DNA of 62,882 nucleotides, the filler included. It is 8 parts of 8 records of this genome, joined end to end, with 100 filler letters (N's around TTAATTAATTAA, not from the genome) between each part and the next. Parts side by side here need not be neighbours in the genome. Positions count along the whole stretch, not along the records: positions 23,165 to 29,622 come from DRR723986_11595; positions 29,723 to 42,509 come from DRR723986_11596; 6 more parts are not named here. The stretch is one strand, 5' to 3'. Position 1 is the first letter of the stretch. Every line of letters begins with the position of its first letter. The notes below the pieces were generated by a model. It was not told where the DNA came from. It searched no databases and worked only from the letters and a program-made list of their open reading frames with translations. This document shows positions 23,165-33,157 of this stretch, in pieces. The translations under genes were made by a program, and so were the position numbers.

Positions 23165-23752
23165 GATCTCGCGCGCCGCCAGCATGATCTGCTGACCATC
23201 GACGACATTCAGTCCTTCTTCCTGCAACGCATGGAACATGGCGGTTTCGGCATAGTCCACGCCGACGGGCATATCAGCCATCCCCGCGTCGCGGATCAGC
23301 CCCGCGATCTCCTTGGCGTATTTGCGCATCAGCCCAAAATCGGGCGGGATCGTCCCGCGCATGCCGACAACGCCGGCGCGGCAATGGTCAGGCTCTAACC
23401 AGTCCGAGAACTTCTTGTGATGCATCGCGGCCGAACCGAAGTCCCAGACATAGGGGCTGTCATCGCCGGTCAGCAGGCAGAAACGGCACATCTTGTCCCG
23501 TTCCCATTCGCCGATCTTGGTCGCTGAAACATAGCGGATGTTGTTCACATCGAACAAAAGCAGCGTGCCCGCATGGGAATTCTTCAGTGCATTGCGGGTG
23601 CGGCTCAACCGGTAGCGGCGCAAGCGGTCATGGTCGATGCGGCGTTCGAAATCGACCGAGGTATGGCCCCATGCTGGCAAACGGCCTTCCCATTGCCAAT
23701 TGGGTTCAAGATCCTGAGGCGTCAGGACGTTCGGGGTGAGGGCGCGGTTCAT
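23165..23752 (-). CDS. M24 (Xaa-Pro peptidase/creatinase/DddP-like) family protein, N-terminal half (truncated)
   Basis: RLRRYRLSR...LLLFDVNNIRYVS creatinase-N motif; ends ...MLAAREI at the junction to the pita-bread domain; GGAG RBS. Confidence 0.8.
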
Positions 23753-23840
23753 TGTGAAACTCCGTAGGGTGGGCAGTTTGCCCACCTTTGGTTTGAGGAA
23801 GAGAAGAGATCGGGACAGGCCAGCGGCCCGCCCATAGGCG

Positions 23841-24650
23841 TCACTGGATGCACCAGCCGCCGTCGATGTGGATCATCTGGCCGGTCATGTAGTCGCTGTC
23901 ATTCGACGCGAGGTACGACGCGGTGCCAGTGATGTCGTCCGGGTAGGACACCCGCTTGATCACCAGCTCATTCGCGACAATGTCCTCATAGGCCTGACCG
24001 GCACGTTCCTTGAACCCGATTTCGACCAGATCCTTGTCGAGCTGTTCCCAAAGCGGGGTGACCACAACGCCCGGCGCATAGCCGTTGACGGTGATATTGT
24101 GTTCGGCCAGCGCCACGGCGCCACAATGGGTCAGCGCCAGGCAGCCGTATTTCGAAGTGCAGTAGACGGTCACGTCCACCAGCGGTTTGCGCGATGCGAT
24201 CGAGCCCACGTTGATGATCTTGTAGGGATGATCCTCCATCGGTCCCTGCGTGATCATCTGGCGGGCGGCTTCCTGCATGCCGAGCCACATCGCCTTGGTG
24301 TTGACGTTCATGATCATGTCCCAGTTGTCTTCGTCGATATCCATGAAGAACCGGGGTTTGTTGAGACCCGCATTGAACAGCGCCACATTGAGTGTGCCGA
24401 AGGCTTCGACACATGCGGCAACGGCAGCGGCGTTGTCCTCTCGTTTGGTGACATCCATCTGAACCGCAACCGCTTTGCCATTGCCCGCCGCGTTGATGCG
24501 GTCGGTCACGGTCCGGGCTTCGCCAAGATCCAGATCGCCGATGCAGATATTGGCACCCTGGGCCGCGAAGGCCTCGGCATTGCTGGCGCCCATTCCGCGG
24601 GCGGCGCCGGTGATCAGGATGTTCTTGCCCTTGAGTCGATTGGGGTCCAT
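23841..24650 (-). CDS. SDR oxidoreductase (polyol/acetoin dehydrogenase-like, NAD-preferring)
   Basis: TGAARGMG, acidic residue after beta2 (GDLD), NAG, YCTSK, TGQMIHIDGG; AGGAGG RBS. Confidence 0.92.
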   Translation of the reverse strand: MDPNRLKGKNILITGAARGMGASNAEAFAAQGANICIGDLDLGEARTVTDRINAAGNGKAVAVQMDVTKREDNAAAVAACVEAFGTLNVALFNAGLNKPRFFMDIDEDNWDMIMNVNTKAMWLGMQEAARQMITQGPMEDHPYKIINVGSIASRKPLVDVTVYCTSKYGCLALTHCGAVALAEHNITVNGYAPGVVVTPLWEQLDKDLVEIGFKERAGQAYEDIVANELVIKRVSYPDDITGTASYLASNDSDYMTGQMIHIDGGWCIQ

Positions 24651-24663
24651 TTGGGTTCCTCCT

Positions 24664-26427
24664 TTAATCCCTGTGTTGTCGCATGACCTGTTCGGCGCGG
24701 GTCTGAACCCGTGCCAGGGTCTCTCGCGGGGTTGAAACACCCCGCAGCATGTCGTGAAGTTCCGTGCCGCAAATCGCGATCAACTGGTTGATCTGCGGAA
24801 CCGGCGGTCGCGGCCAGAACTGCAATTCATCATGCCAGGACATTGCATCGACGGCCTCGAAGATCGGCGAGAGCTGCCGCACATCGGGATCGGCGCCAAC
24901 CGAATACCGCGGCGCCGTGCGGCTGCCATGCTGGATGTACAGCTTTTGCGCTTCGGGTGAGGTGAAGGCGACAAGTGCCTTCGCCGCTTCGTGTTTGCGC
25001 TCCTCCGGTAGGTTCGCCGGGATGCACAAGACATAGCCGCCAACGGGCGCGATCGGATCGCCTGATGGGCCAGCGGGATGTGGTAGATAGCCGGTGTTAC
25101 CATTGGCGGGAGAGTTTCCGTCCAGCTCGAAATACGGGGCCAGTAGTGTGTAGCCATAGGCCATCGCGATCTTGCCGGCCGCATAGGGGCGGACGCGTTC
25201 GTACCACGACATCGACAGAATGTCGGGCGGCGAGAACTCCAGCAGGGCCATCAGATATTCGGCCGCTTCCAGCGCACGCGGCGTATTGATTGTCGGGACC
25301 AGATCATCGCGGTCCAGATGATCCGCATCATAGCCCCCCGCGATTTCATGCAAGTTCAGGATCGGCTGCCCGAAATCAGCACAGGTCATCATGAACGTAT
25401 GCCCAAGCGCCGTCCCCCGAGCCGCGTTCCAGGCAATGCCGTAGCGGCTCTTTCGGGGATCGTGCAGGATCTTTGCCGCGTCCAGAACGGCGGCGGCGGT
25501 GCGCGGCGGCTCCAGCCCTGCCTCTGCGAACCAATCCTTGCGGTAGAACATCAATTCTGGCGTGGTCTGGCTTGGCACGCCATAGGGGCGACCCGCCCAA
25601 TGCGCCGCGCGCCAGCCAGCCGTGTGGAAGTCACCGGGATCCAGGGCGTCGACATCAAGTACCGCGTCCAACGGCGTAAGCAGCCCCTTGGTCACGAATT
25701 CACCGATCCAGGGCAGATCGAGCGCGATTATGTCATAGCGGCTGACAGGGCGTTCCCCGTTGCGAAGCGCCTCTTCATGCAGACGGTCGATGGAAAAGGC
25801 ACGTTGGCTGATCTTGGTGCCGACAACCTGCTCGAACTGACGCTTCAGGCTTTCCATGACCATGAAAGTCGGATCACCATGAACCAGAATGCGCAGCCCC
25901 CCGGTCAGCGACAGGGGGTCGGGCAGAACCTGCGGTGGCTGGATCGAGCGGCCAACCTGATATGACCCGCCAAAATAATACTCCGTCCCGGAATGTTCCG
26001 CATCCCCGGCACCGGCGTGCTTCTTGGCCATGCGTAGCAAGCGGTCCGCCAGCTGCCCCCAATTCTGTAAGAGCAACGCACTTGGATGCAGGGAAAAGCT
26101 CTTGCCGGTTTTGGTGCGCGGGCGCGTTTCGATCAATCCCGCCCCCTGAAGCTCAGCCAGCTTGCGCCGGGCGGTGGCATAGGGCACAGCGGATGCAGCA
26201 ATGACCGAAGATGCGGTACTGATCCGCCCCTCCAGGTGGTTCTTGACCAGATGCAGCGCCATGTTGAGATGCGGGTTTGGCGAAGCAACGTCCAGCATCG
26301 ACTCGATTTCGGCGGAAAAATCCTCTATCAGATCAATGACCTGCAACATATCGGACGAGGCATAGGGGAGCTTTCCGGGGGGGACCGGCTTGCCTCCCAG
26401 CAAATATTCGTTTTGAATATTTTTCAT
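24664..26427 (-). CDS. Winged-HTH fused to a family-1 sugar-binding protein domain (cytoplasmic one-component regulator)
   Basis: N-terminal SSVIAASAVPYATARRKLAELQGAGLIETRPRTKTGKSFSLHPS wHTH; C-terminal SBP motifs YDIIALDLPWIGEF, LMFYRKDWF; no signal peptide; start taken at MKNIQ (uncertain). Confidence 0.8.
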   Translation of the reverse strand: MKNIQNEYLLGGKPVPPGKLPYASSDMLQVIDLIEDFSAEIESMLDVASPNPHLNMALHLVKNHLEGRISTASSVIAASAVPYATARRKLAELQGAGLIETRPRTKTGKSFSLHPSALLLQNWGQLADRLLRMAKKHAGAGDAEHSGTEYYFGGSYQVGRSIQPPQVLPDPLSLTGGLRILVHGDPTFMVMESLKRQFEQVVGTKISQRAFSIDRLHEEALRNGERPVSRYDIIALDLPWIGEFVTKGLLTPLDAVLDVDALDPGDFHTAGWRAAHWAGRPYGVPSQTTPELMFYRKDWFAEAGLEPPRTAAAVLDAAKILHDPRKSRYGIAWNAARGTALGHTFMMTCADFGQPILNLHEIAGGYDADHLDRDDLVPTINTPRALEAAEYLMALLEFSPPDILSMSWYERVRPYAAGKIAMAYGYTLLAPYFELDGNSPANGNTGYLPHPAGPSGDPIAPVGGYVLCIPANLPEERKHEAAKALVAFTSPEAQKLYIQHGSRTAPRYSVGADPDVRQLSPIFEAVDAMSWHDELQFWPRPPVPQINQLIAICGTELHDMLRGVSTPRETLARVQTRAEQVMRQHRD

Positions 26428-26545
26428 ATCCCTGGCGTCTCTGGTTCTTTGTGTTGCGTTTGTATCCCGTGGGGGAATCGGCTGTCGCATATCGGGCCTC
26501 ATCTGGTTGTGACGGATTGGGAAGGTCGCAAGAACAGCACAGATA

Positions 26546-26577
26546 TCCATTTTGAACAATGAAATGGTCAAAGTGGA
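26546..26577. promoter_or_regulatory. Imperfect 32-bp palindrome, candidate operator in the divergent promoter region
   Basis: TCCATTTTGAACAATGAAATGGTCAAAGTGGA, 24/32 positions match its reverse complement. Confidence 0.55.
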
Positions 26578-26705
26578 CAAATCGCATGCGGATCGAAAAC
26601 CGAAAAACCGCGACCAATGCGACATTCGGCAGCCACGAGGGTGATTCCCGTCGGAAAGGCTGCCGGGGACAACGAAAGATGAATTCATCTAAGGGAGGAA
26701 CCAGG

Positions 26706-27674
26706 ATGAACACTCGCACCAAGGCCATGATCGCAGGCACCACCGCACTTGCAGGGCTTGTCTTTGCCGGCACTGTGGCCGCGCAAGAGGTATTCACAAT
26801 CGGCATCACCCAGAACAACGTGGGCGTCGACAGCTATCAGACCACCTATGAAGAGGCGTTCATTGCCGCTGCTGCCGCGAACCCCAATGTCGAGGTTGTC
26901 GTGCTTGACGCCGGTGGTGACGTGTCCCGTCAGATCGCACAGATGCAGGATCTCGTTCAGCAGGAAGTCGATGCCATTATCATCTGGCCGACCAACGGTC
27001 AGGCCGTTATCCCTGCCGTGCGGGAAGCCTATCAGGCCGGTATTCCTGTCATTGTGACCAATTCGAACATCGCAGAGGCGGGCTTCGAATTCGTGGCGTC
27101 CTTCTCTGGCCCCGACAACATCACGCAAGGCTCGCGCTCGGCGGAAATCATGTGTGACCGCTTCATCGAACTCGGCATCGAGAACGAAGCGCGCGTTGTG
27201 CAGATCTCCGGTCAGCCCGGCTACACCACCGCCATCGAGCGCGCGCAGGGCTTTGAAGACCGCCTGCCCGAAGTTTGCCCGAACGTCACGCTGGTTGAAA
27301 CCCAGCCGGGCAACTGGAACCGCGAGGATTCTCAGCGTGTCATGGAAGCCTTCCTGGTCCAGTATGACGATATCGACGGCGTCTACTCTGGTGATGACAA
27401 CATGGGTGTTGGTGCCCTGAACGCAGCCATCGCGGCGGGTCGCGCCGAAGGCATCGTCTTCGTCGGCGCTACCAACTTCGCTGTGGGCTACGATGCCATG
27501 GGTCGCGGCGAATACTGGGGCTCGATCTATCAGTCTCCGGTCGATGACGCCGAGGCCGCCCTGCTGACCGCGCTTGACGTGCTGAACGGTGTGGACGTTC
27601 CCTTCCTGAACTACTTCGACACGCCGAAGATCACCCAGGACAACATGGAAGAGTTCGACCGTCCGGTCTTCTGA
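26706..27674 (+). CDS. Sugar ABC transporter periplasmic binding protein (RbsB/CUT2 type)
   Basis: Signal peptide ...GTVAA-QE; DAGGDVSRQIAQMQDLVQQEVDAIIIWP; GGAGG RBS. Confidence 0.92.
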   Translation: MNTRTKAMIAGTTALAGLVFAGTVAAQEVFTIGITQNNVGVDSYQTTYEEAFIAAAAANPNVEVVVLDAGGDVSRQIAQMQDLVQQEVDAIIIWPTNGQAVIPAVREAYQAGIPVIVTNSNIAEAGFEFVASFSGPDNITQGSRSAEIMCDRFIELGIENEARVVQISGQPGYTTAIERAQGFEDRLPEVCPNVTLVETQPGNWNREDSQRVMEAFLVQYDDIDGVYSGDDNMGVGALNAAIAAGRAEGIVFVGATNFAVGYDAMGRGEYWGSIYQSPVDDAEAALLTALDVLNGVDVPFLNYFDTPKITQDNMEEFDRPVF

Positions 27675-27687
27675 TCCGCTGAACGGT

Positions 27688-27716
27688 CAGGGCCGGGCAG
27701 ATGCTGCCCGGCCCTG
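27688..27716 (+). promoter_or_regulatory. GC-rich stem-loop after the binding-protein gene (mRNA stabiliser or partial terminator)
   Basis: CAGGGCCGGGCAG-ATG-CTGCCCGGCCCTG perfect 13-bp stem, no U-tract. Confidence 0.7.
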
Positions 27717-27766
27717 TGCCCTTTCGACACCCAGGAAAGAACAACAACAAACCGTGGGAGGACGCC

Positions 27767-28564
27767 ATGGGACGAGTCTCGGGACGTGCCTGCATCGTGA
27801 CAGGTGCTGCTCAGGGCATCGGTCGCGCCATCGGTGAAGCGCTTCTGGACGAAGGCGCAGATGTGTGTTTCGCTGATTTGAACGCCGAGAAAGTCGCCGA
27901 GGTAGCGGCCGCGAATGAGCGCCGGGCCGAAGCTGGTGGCGGTCGGGTCATGTCCTCTGCGGTCAATGTCACCGACCGGGAGCAGGTCCGCGCGATGATC
28001 GCCAAGACGGTGGATGCGTTTGGCAGGTTGGACGTGAAATTCAATAATGCAGGTGTGAACAGGCCGATGAATTTCCTCGACGTGACAGAGGATAATTGGA
28101 AATTCATAATGGATATCAACGGCTTGGGATGCCTGATCGGAATGCAGGAAGCCGCGCAGCAGATGATTGCGCAAGGCACCGGTGGCAAAATCATCAACAC
28201 CGCCTCTATCGCAAGCAGACAGGGGTTCGACAACGTGGCGCCCTATTGCGCCTCGAAATGGGCGGTCGTGTCGCTGACGCAATCCGGCGCCCGCGATCTT
28301 GCCAAGCACAACATCACCGTGACGGGTTTCGCGCCGGGTGTCGTCGCCACCGAGATGTGGGAGCAGGTCGACCAGGATCTGATGGCGATCGGCGCCGCAG
28401 AGCGACCGGGTCAGGCGATGGAGGAGTTTTCGGCCGATATCCTGAAGGGCCGCGTGGCAAAGCCCGAGGATATCACCGGGACGACAACGTTTCTGGCCGC
28501 GAAAGAGAGCGACTACATGACCGGCCAGATCGTCATGATTGATGGTGGCATGACACTGGTGTGA
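27767..28564 (+). CDS. SDR oxidoreductase (polyol/acetoin dehydrogenase-like)
   Basis: TGAAQGIG, ADLN, NNAG, YCASK, TGQIVMIDGG. Confidence 0.92.
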   Translation: MGRVSGRACIVTGAAQGIGRAIGEALLDEGADVCFADLNAEKVAEVAAANERRAEAGGGRVMSSAVNVTDREQVRAMIAKTVDAFGRLDVKFNNAGVNRPMNFLDVTEDNWKFIMDINGLGCLIGMQEAAQQMIAQGTGGKIINTASIASRQGFDNVAPYCASKWAVVSLTQSGARDLAKHNITVTGFAPGVVATEMWEQVDQDLMAIGAAERPGQAMEEFSADILKGRVAKPEDITGTTTFLAAKESDYMTGQIVMIDGGMTLV

Positions 28565-28646
28565 CCCGCGCCTAGGGCGAGACGGGGTGGGATCGGCAAA
28601 GGAATTCACTGTTGCGCCGAGGCGCGCAGGTCGGGGAGGAAAAGAC

Positions 28647-29622
28647 ATGGCAGAGACGCGCCTTAACTCAGCAGGCAGCTTTCTGGCCCGTCAGGGCATA
28701 CTGGTGGCGTTCGTGCTGTTCATGATCGGGTTCTCGCTGTGGAACCCACGCTTTATCGACATCGACAATGTCTTCGGCGTGATCCGGTCTTCGGCTATCC
28801 TTGGGGTCATGGCGCTTGGCGTGACCTTTGTGGTGATCGGCGGCAATCTCGATCTGTCGGTCGGGTCGTTGATGTCTTTTTCGGCCATCGTGGTTCTGGA
28901 TCTTCACGAAAACCCGGCATTCGGGCCGCTTCTGGCAATCCCGATGATGTTTGCCATGACCATGGCCATCGGGGCGCTGATCGGCTTTCTGGTCGGTTAC
29001 ATGAAGCTCAATTCGCTGATCGTCACCCTTGGGATGCTCTCGGCCATCCATGGCCTGACTCTGACCTATTCTGGCGGCCAGAACATGGACATCGCCAATC
29101 AGGAAGCGACATGGTTCGGCGTCTTCGGGCGCGGGACGGCGCTTGGCATTCCGATCCCGGTTCTGATCTTCGGACTGCTGGCTGCCTTGTTGGCGATCAT
29201 CCTTGCGAAAACGCCTTTCGGGCGAAAGGTCTACGCCGTCGGCGGCAATGGAACGGCAGCCACGTTTTCCGGCATTCCCCGCGCACGGGTGGTGTTCTTT
29301 ACCTATCTGATCTCGTCCTTCTGTGTCGCGACGGCGGGTCTGATCCAGGCCAGCCGCACCATGGGAGCACAAAACACCGTCGGTCAGGGGATGGAGCTGG
29401 AGGTTCTGGCCGCCGTCATCCTGGGGGGGGCGTCATTGCTTGGCGGGTCCGGCACCGTTTTCAAGACCGTCATCGGCGTGCTGATCCTGGGGTTCATCCA
29501 GAACGGCCTGCTGCTGGCGGGGCTGGAATTCTACGTCCAGTTCGTCGTGACCTGGGTCATCATCATCCTTGCTGTGTGGCTCGATATCGCCACCAAACGC
29601 GGCAAGCTCTGGTCGCCGATCG
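28647..29622 (+). CDS. Sugar ABC transporter permease (RbsC type), stop just beyond the contig end
   Basis: GNLDLSVGS, TPFGRKVYAVGGN..AA..SGI, ELEVLAAVILGGASLLGG. Confidence 0.92.
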
Positions 29623-29722
29623 NNNNNNNNNNNNNNNNNNNNNNNNNNNNNNNNNNNNNNNNNNNNTTAATTAATTAANNNNNNNNNNNNNNNNNNNNNN
29701 NNNNNNNNNNNNNNNNNNNNNN
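29623..29722. other. Artificial contig linker 4
   Basis: N44-TTAATTAATTAA-N44. Confidence 0.99.
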
Positions 29723-30096
29723 CCTGCCACTAGTGAATAAGAAAAATCGGTAGGATTATTAATGTAAGCATTCCCTCCAGGTATGGTAAGCGCCTTTGAG
29801 TTCAATTTCACTTCACCTACATTGACCAATGTGCTCCCAACAGCTCCATTGAAAAATGATCCTGAAGCTACATCAATAGCAATTCCACCTACTCCAGGTA
29901 CGCTTGGCACCGAACTAGGCAAATCTGAATACGACAGTACCGCTGCCAATACGGCGTTAGCATCACTTGGTGCTGTTGGCGTTGGGCTGGTCTGAGTCGG
30001 TTGAGTAGGATCGTTATCATCATCCGAGCTACAAGCTGAAAAAGTAAGAACGACTCCTAAAAGTAAAGTCCAAAGTGTAGAGTTATAAGTTTTCAT
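29723..30096 (-). CDS. Hypothetical lipoprotein (partial)
   Basis: Lipobox FSAC followed by the Bacteroidota surface-export-like SSDDDND. Confidence 0.8.
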
Positions 30097-30276
30097 AGTT
30101 TTATAGATTTAAAATACTTTTCAAATGTATAACTGCATGATTCCCCTCGCCATACGACAAATAGCGTATATTGATTAGGTACAGGTAGGAAGATGCAAAG
30201 GCTGTTCTTTTCATTCAAGCAGAAGATTTTGATACCTTCGCAGCATCCACCACATTCAGCCGCAAAATCTTCCTAT

Positions 30277-30891
30277 ATGGATAACATCCTTGCCTTCACC
30301 CTTTCTGTTTTTACCGGTTTTTTCGCCATTATGAACCCGATTGCGAATGTGCCAATTTTCGCTTCTTTGACAGATGACTTGGATAAAGCCACCAAGCGAA
30401 GTGTTAGCAAGAGAGCTACCATTACTGCCTTTGTGATAGTTGTTGTTTTTGTAGTACTGGGGAAATTTATCTTCGAACTCTTCGGAATCACCATTCCAGC
30501 TTTTAAAATCACTGGGGGTATTCTGATTTTCTATGTGGGTTTCGAAATGCTACAGTCCAAAAAATCGAGTGTCAAACATATAAAAGAGCCAGAAACTCAC
30601 GAAAACATAGCAATTTCACCCTTGGCAATTCCTATTCTAGCAGGGCCAGGCACCATCGTTACTGCGATGAACTTTGCTTCCAAAGGCAATTACATCAATA
30701 TTCTAATTGTAATAGCCGTATTCGCTGTGATGTGTCTTTTAACACATATTGCATTTGAATTAGGCGAAAAAATCGTAAAACGTCTTGGTAAAAATCTGAT
30801 CGTGGTGATCGGAAAAATCATGGGTTTGATCATCGCAATCATCGGCACCAATATGATTATTACAGGAATTAAAGCTGCTTTCTTCGAATAA
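30277..30891 (+). CDS. marC: MarC family membrane protein
   Basis: FAIMNPIANVP, FKITGGIL, PLAIPILAGPG, KIMGLII. Confidence 0.9.
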   Translation: MDNILAFTLSVFTGFFAIMNPIANVPIFASLTDDLDKATKRSVSKRATITAFVIVVVFVVLGKFIFELFGITIPAFKITGGILIFYVGFEMLQSKKSSVKHIKEPETHENIAISPLAIPILAGPGTIVTAMNFASKGNYINILIVIAVFAVMCLLTHIAFELGEKIVKRLGKNLIVVIGKIMGLIIAIIGTNMIITGIKAAFFE

Positions 30892-30952
30892 TATGATTAT
30901 CCGCAATGATGACAGACCTTAGGTTCTCTGCTAATCAGATTGGAAGACCGAT

Positions 30953-30976
30953 ACTTCGGCTACGCTCAGTACAAGT
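30953..30976. repeat. REP-like intergenic element (Bacteroidota CTTCGRCT.CGCTCAG type)
   Basis: ACTTCGGCTACGCTCAGTACAAGT between convergent genes; recognised from memory of Bacteroidota REPs. Confidence 0.45.
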
Positions 30977-31083
30977 GATCGAAGATCGAAATGGGCTCAA
31001 TTATTAAGTTTAGCATATCCTACATTGCTTGTACCACCTTACAGTTAGAAAAGCGGAGTACATATTGAACTACAAAGTCCCCC

Positions 31084-31860
31084 TTACTTCTTCCCTAACA
31101 CATAAAACAAATCCAATCCTTTCGAAGGGTCATCCACCATCGGGTAATCTTCGTGGGTGATATCTACCACGCTTTTTCCCTGCTGTTGATGAAGTTTGTT
31201 TCTATTCCTGCGATTGAGAATTTCATAGGGCATTCTCAAAATGGATGCAGGCAATTTGTGTTGCAGATCAAAAATATCGAATCGCATGATTTTCTGTACA
31301 GACTTGCGGTTAGCCTCATGGTAAGCCCACACTTTCTCATTGCCTCCGACTCCTTTTGCCTCCACACTATCAAATATAGACGCACATAAATCAATCAATT
31401 GCTGAGGAGTATATTCCCGCTCATGCCATGGATTTCTTGAAAGCGTATGGTTGATATTCGGAGTAGAAATCACGGCTTTGCCTCCTGGCTTCAACACACG
31501 GTAAATTTCCTCTAGAAATAACCTATCATTTGGAATATGCTCGATCACCTGAAAACTCACCACGGTATCGAAGGAATTATCAGGGATTCCAGCAAATGGC
31601 GGAATCACCGCTTGCTGAAATTCGACTTTCGGAAAGCGAACTTTAAGCTCGTCAATCACTTCCTGGATTTTATCCAAACCTAGATAACTGTCCGCAAAAG
31701 GCAAAAGTGTCTCCACACCACGGCCTTCTCCACAACCAACTTCCAGCAATTTGCCAGAAATCCAAGGCTGAGCAGCAATGTATGCTTTCAGTAAGCGTTG
31801 ATGAATAGGATTGTCACTGACCAACTTGTCAGAGGCGATTTCCGTTGTATAGGTAGCCAT
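31084..31860 (-). CDS. Class I SAM-dependent methyltransferase
   Basis: LLEVGCGEG, FDTVVSFQVIEH, RVLKPGG, STPN. Confidence 0.9.
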   Translation of the reverse strand: MATYTTEIASDKLVSDNPIHQRLLKAYIAAQPWISGKLLEVGCGEGRGVETLLPFADSYLGLDKIQEVIDELKVRFPKVEFQQAVIPPFAGIPDNSFDTVVSFQVIEHIPNDRLFLEEIYRVLKPGGKAVISTPNINHTLSRNPWHEREYTPQQLIDLCASIFDSVEAKGVGGNEKVWAYHEANRKSVQKIMRFDIFDLQHKLPASILRMPYEILNRRNRNKLHQQQGKSVVDITHEDYPMVDDPSKGLDLFYVLGKK

Positions 31861-31921
31861 ACAAAAATTTACTATTTTGGCAAAAGTAAGGTTAATTTTG
31901 AAAACCCGAGATCAACACCCG

Positions 31922-33157
31922 ATGAACTGTAAAACAAGCCGACTCCTATTTTTTTTGATCCTCTTCGCTGGATGCTCATTACCCACCCTAGCTCAAAAGA
32001 CATTAAGCAGTCTAAATCAGACACTTCGCTATTCCAGATACTCTAGACTATCTCTAAAAATCATTCCTATCAAGGTATCAGAGACGAAGTACAAACTTCA
32101 ATTACAGGTCGAAAAAATCGAAGAAAATCCTGTTTTGAATACATTTAGTTTTACCTATTCTGTTTTGGATAGCTATGAGGAGGAAATCATTTCTGACAAC
32201 ACCTATATTTTAACCTCAGATGACCTGAAGTATGACACAGATAGGCATTGGGTATTTGAAAAGACGGTAGAAATACCGTCCACTAAGAAAACTGCAATTG
32301 CCTTATTTACTGCTTTGGACACGAGACAGGGAGATGAATATTACTATTCTACTGACCTCAAAAGTAGTTTCGTCTTTGATGTGCCAAATTTTGGTGCATA
32401 TTATGCTAATTATGTAGGTTTTGACCAGAACTACCTAAACGTTGGAGAGTCTTTACTATTCAAATCTGATGGGGGGCCAACATTACATAATTTTTACTAT
32501 CCAATTAGTTTGGAGGTGCCTTATCCACCCATGGAAACCAAGCCGGCAGCAGTACCTCGAGAATTAGAGGTGATAGACTCCGGAGATTTCTTGGAAAACA
32601 TCCCTAAATCTTTTGATCAAATCGGCTATTATTTCATCCAAAGCGATACTTCTGCCAGTACAGGACTTGTTCTGAAAACTACTCATGAGGCATTTCCAAA
32701 AGTTAAGGATTGGGACGAAATGGTGGATATGGTCACCTACATTTCCACCAGAAAAGAACATGATGACCTGAAAGCAGCTGAAGACAAAAAGAAGGCTCTG
32801 GACACCTACTGGTTGGGATTGACGAGAAATCCTGAAACTGCCAAAGAGCTGATCCGGGAATATTTTAGACAGGTAGAATTTGCAAATATCCTTTTCACCG
32901 ACTTCAAAGAAGGCTGGAAAACGGACAAGGGAATGATTTATATCGTCATGGGCCCTCCGCAGGAAGTCAACTTTTATTTGGATAGAGAAGTGTGGAGTTA
33001 TGGAGGAACTAATGAGAGTTCAAGAATTCGCTTTACCTTTGCGCGGGTTAAAAACATACTTAGCCCTCACTATTACACCTTGAATCGCTCCCGCGCTTAC
33101 CAGCCGGTTTGGTTCAAAAACATATCCATATGGAGAAGCGGAAAGATGGCTTTTTGA
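31922..33157 (+). CDS. GWxTD domain protein
   Basis: EGWKTDKGMIYIVMGPP with upstream EYFRQVEFANILF; signal peptide. Confidence 0.9.
   Translation: MNCKTSRLLFFLILFAGCSLPTLAQKTLSSLNQTLRYSRYSRLSLKIIPIKVSETKYKLQLQVEKIEENPVLNTFSFTYSVLDSYEEEIISDNTYILTSDDLKYDTDRHWVFEKTVEIPSTKKTAIALFTALDTRQGDEYYYSTDLKSSFVFDVPNFGAYYANYVGFDQNYLNVGESLLFKSDGGPTLHNFYYPISLEVPYPPMETKPAAVPRELEVIDSGDFLENIPKSFDQIGYYFIQSDTSASTGLVLKTTHEAFPKVKDWDEMVDMVTYISTRKEHDDLKAAEDKKKALDTYWLGLTRNPETAKELIREYFRQVEFANILFTDFKEGWKTDKGMIYIVMGPPQEVNFYLDREVWSYGGTNESSRIRFTFARVKNILSPHYYTLNRSRAYQPVWFKNISIWRSGKMAF

Noticed and set aside
23165-23752. DMSP lyase DddP
   Set aside because: Same superfamily, but the N-terminal sequence differs from DddP as I recall it, the catalytic half is missing, and the context is sugar transport.
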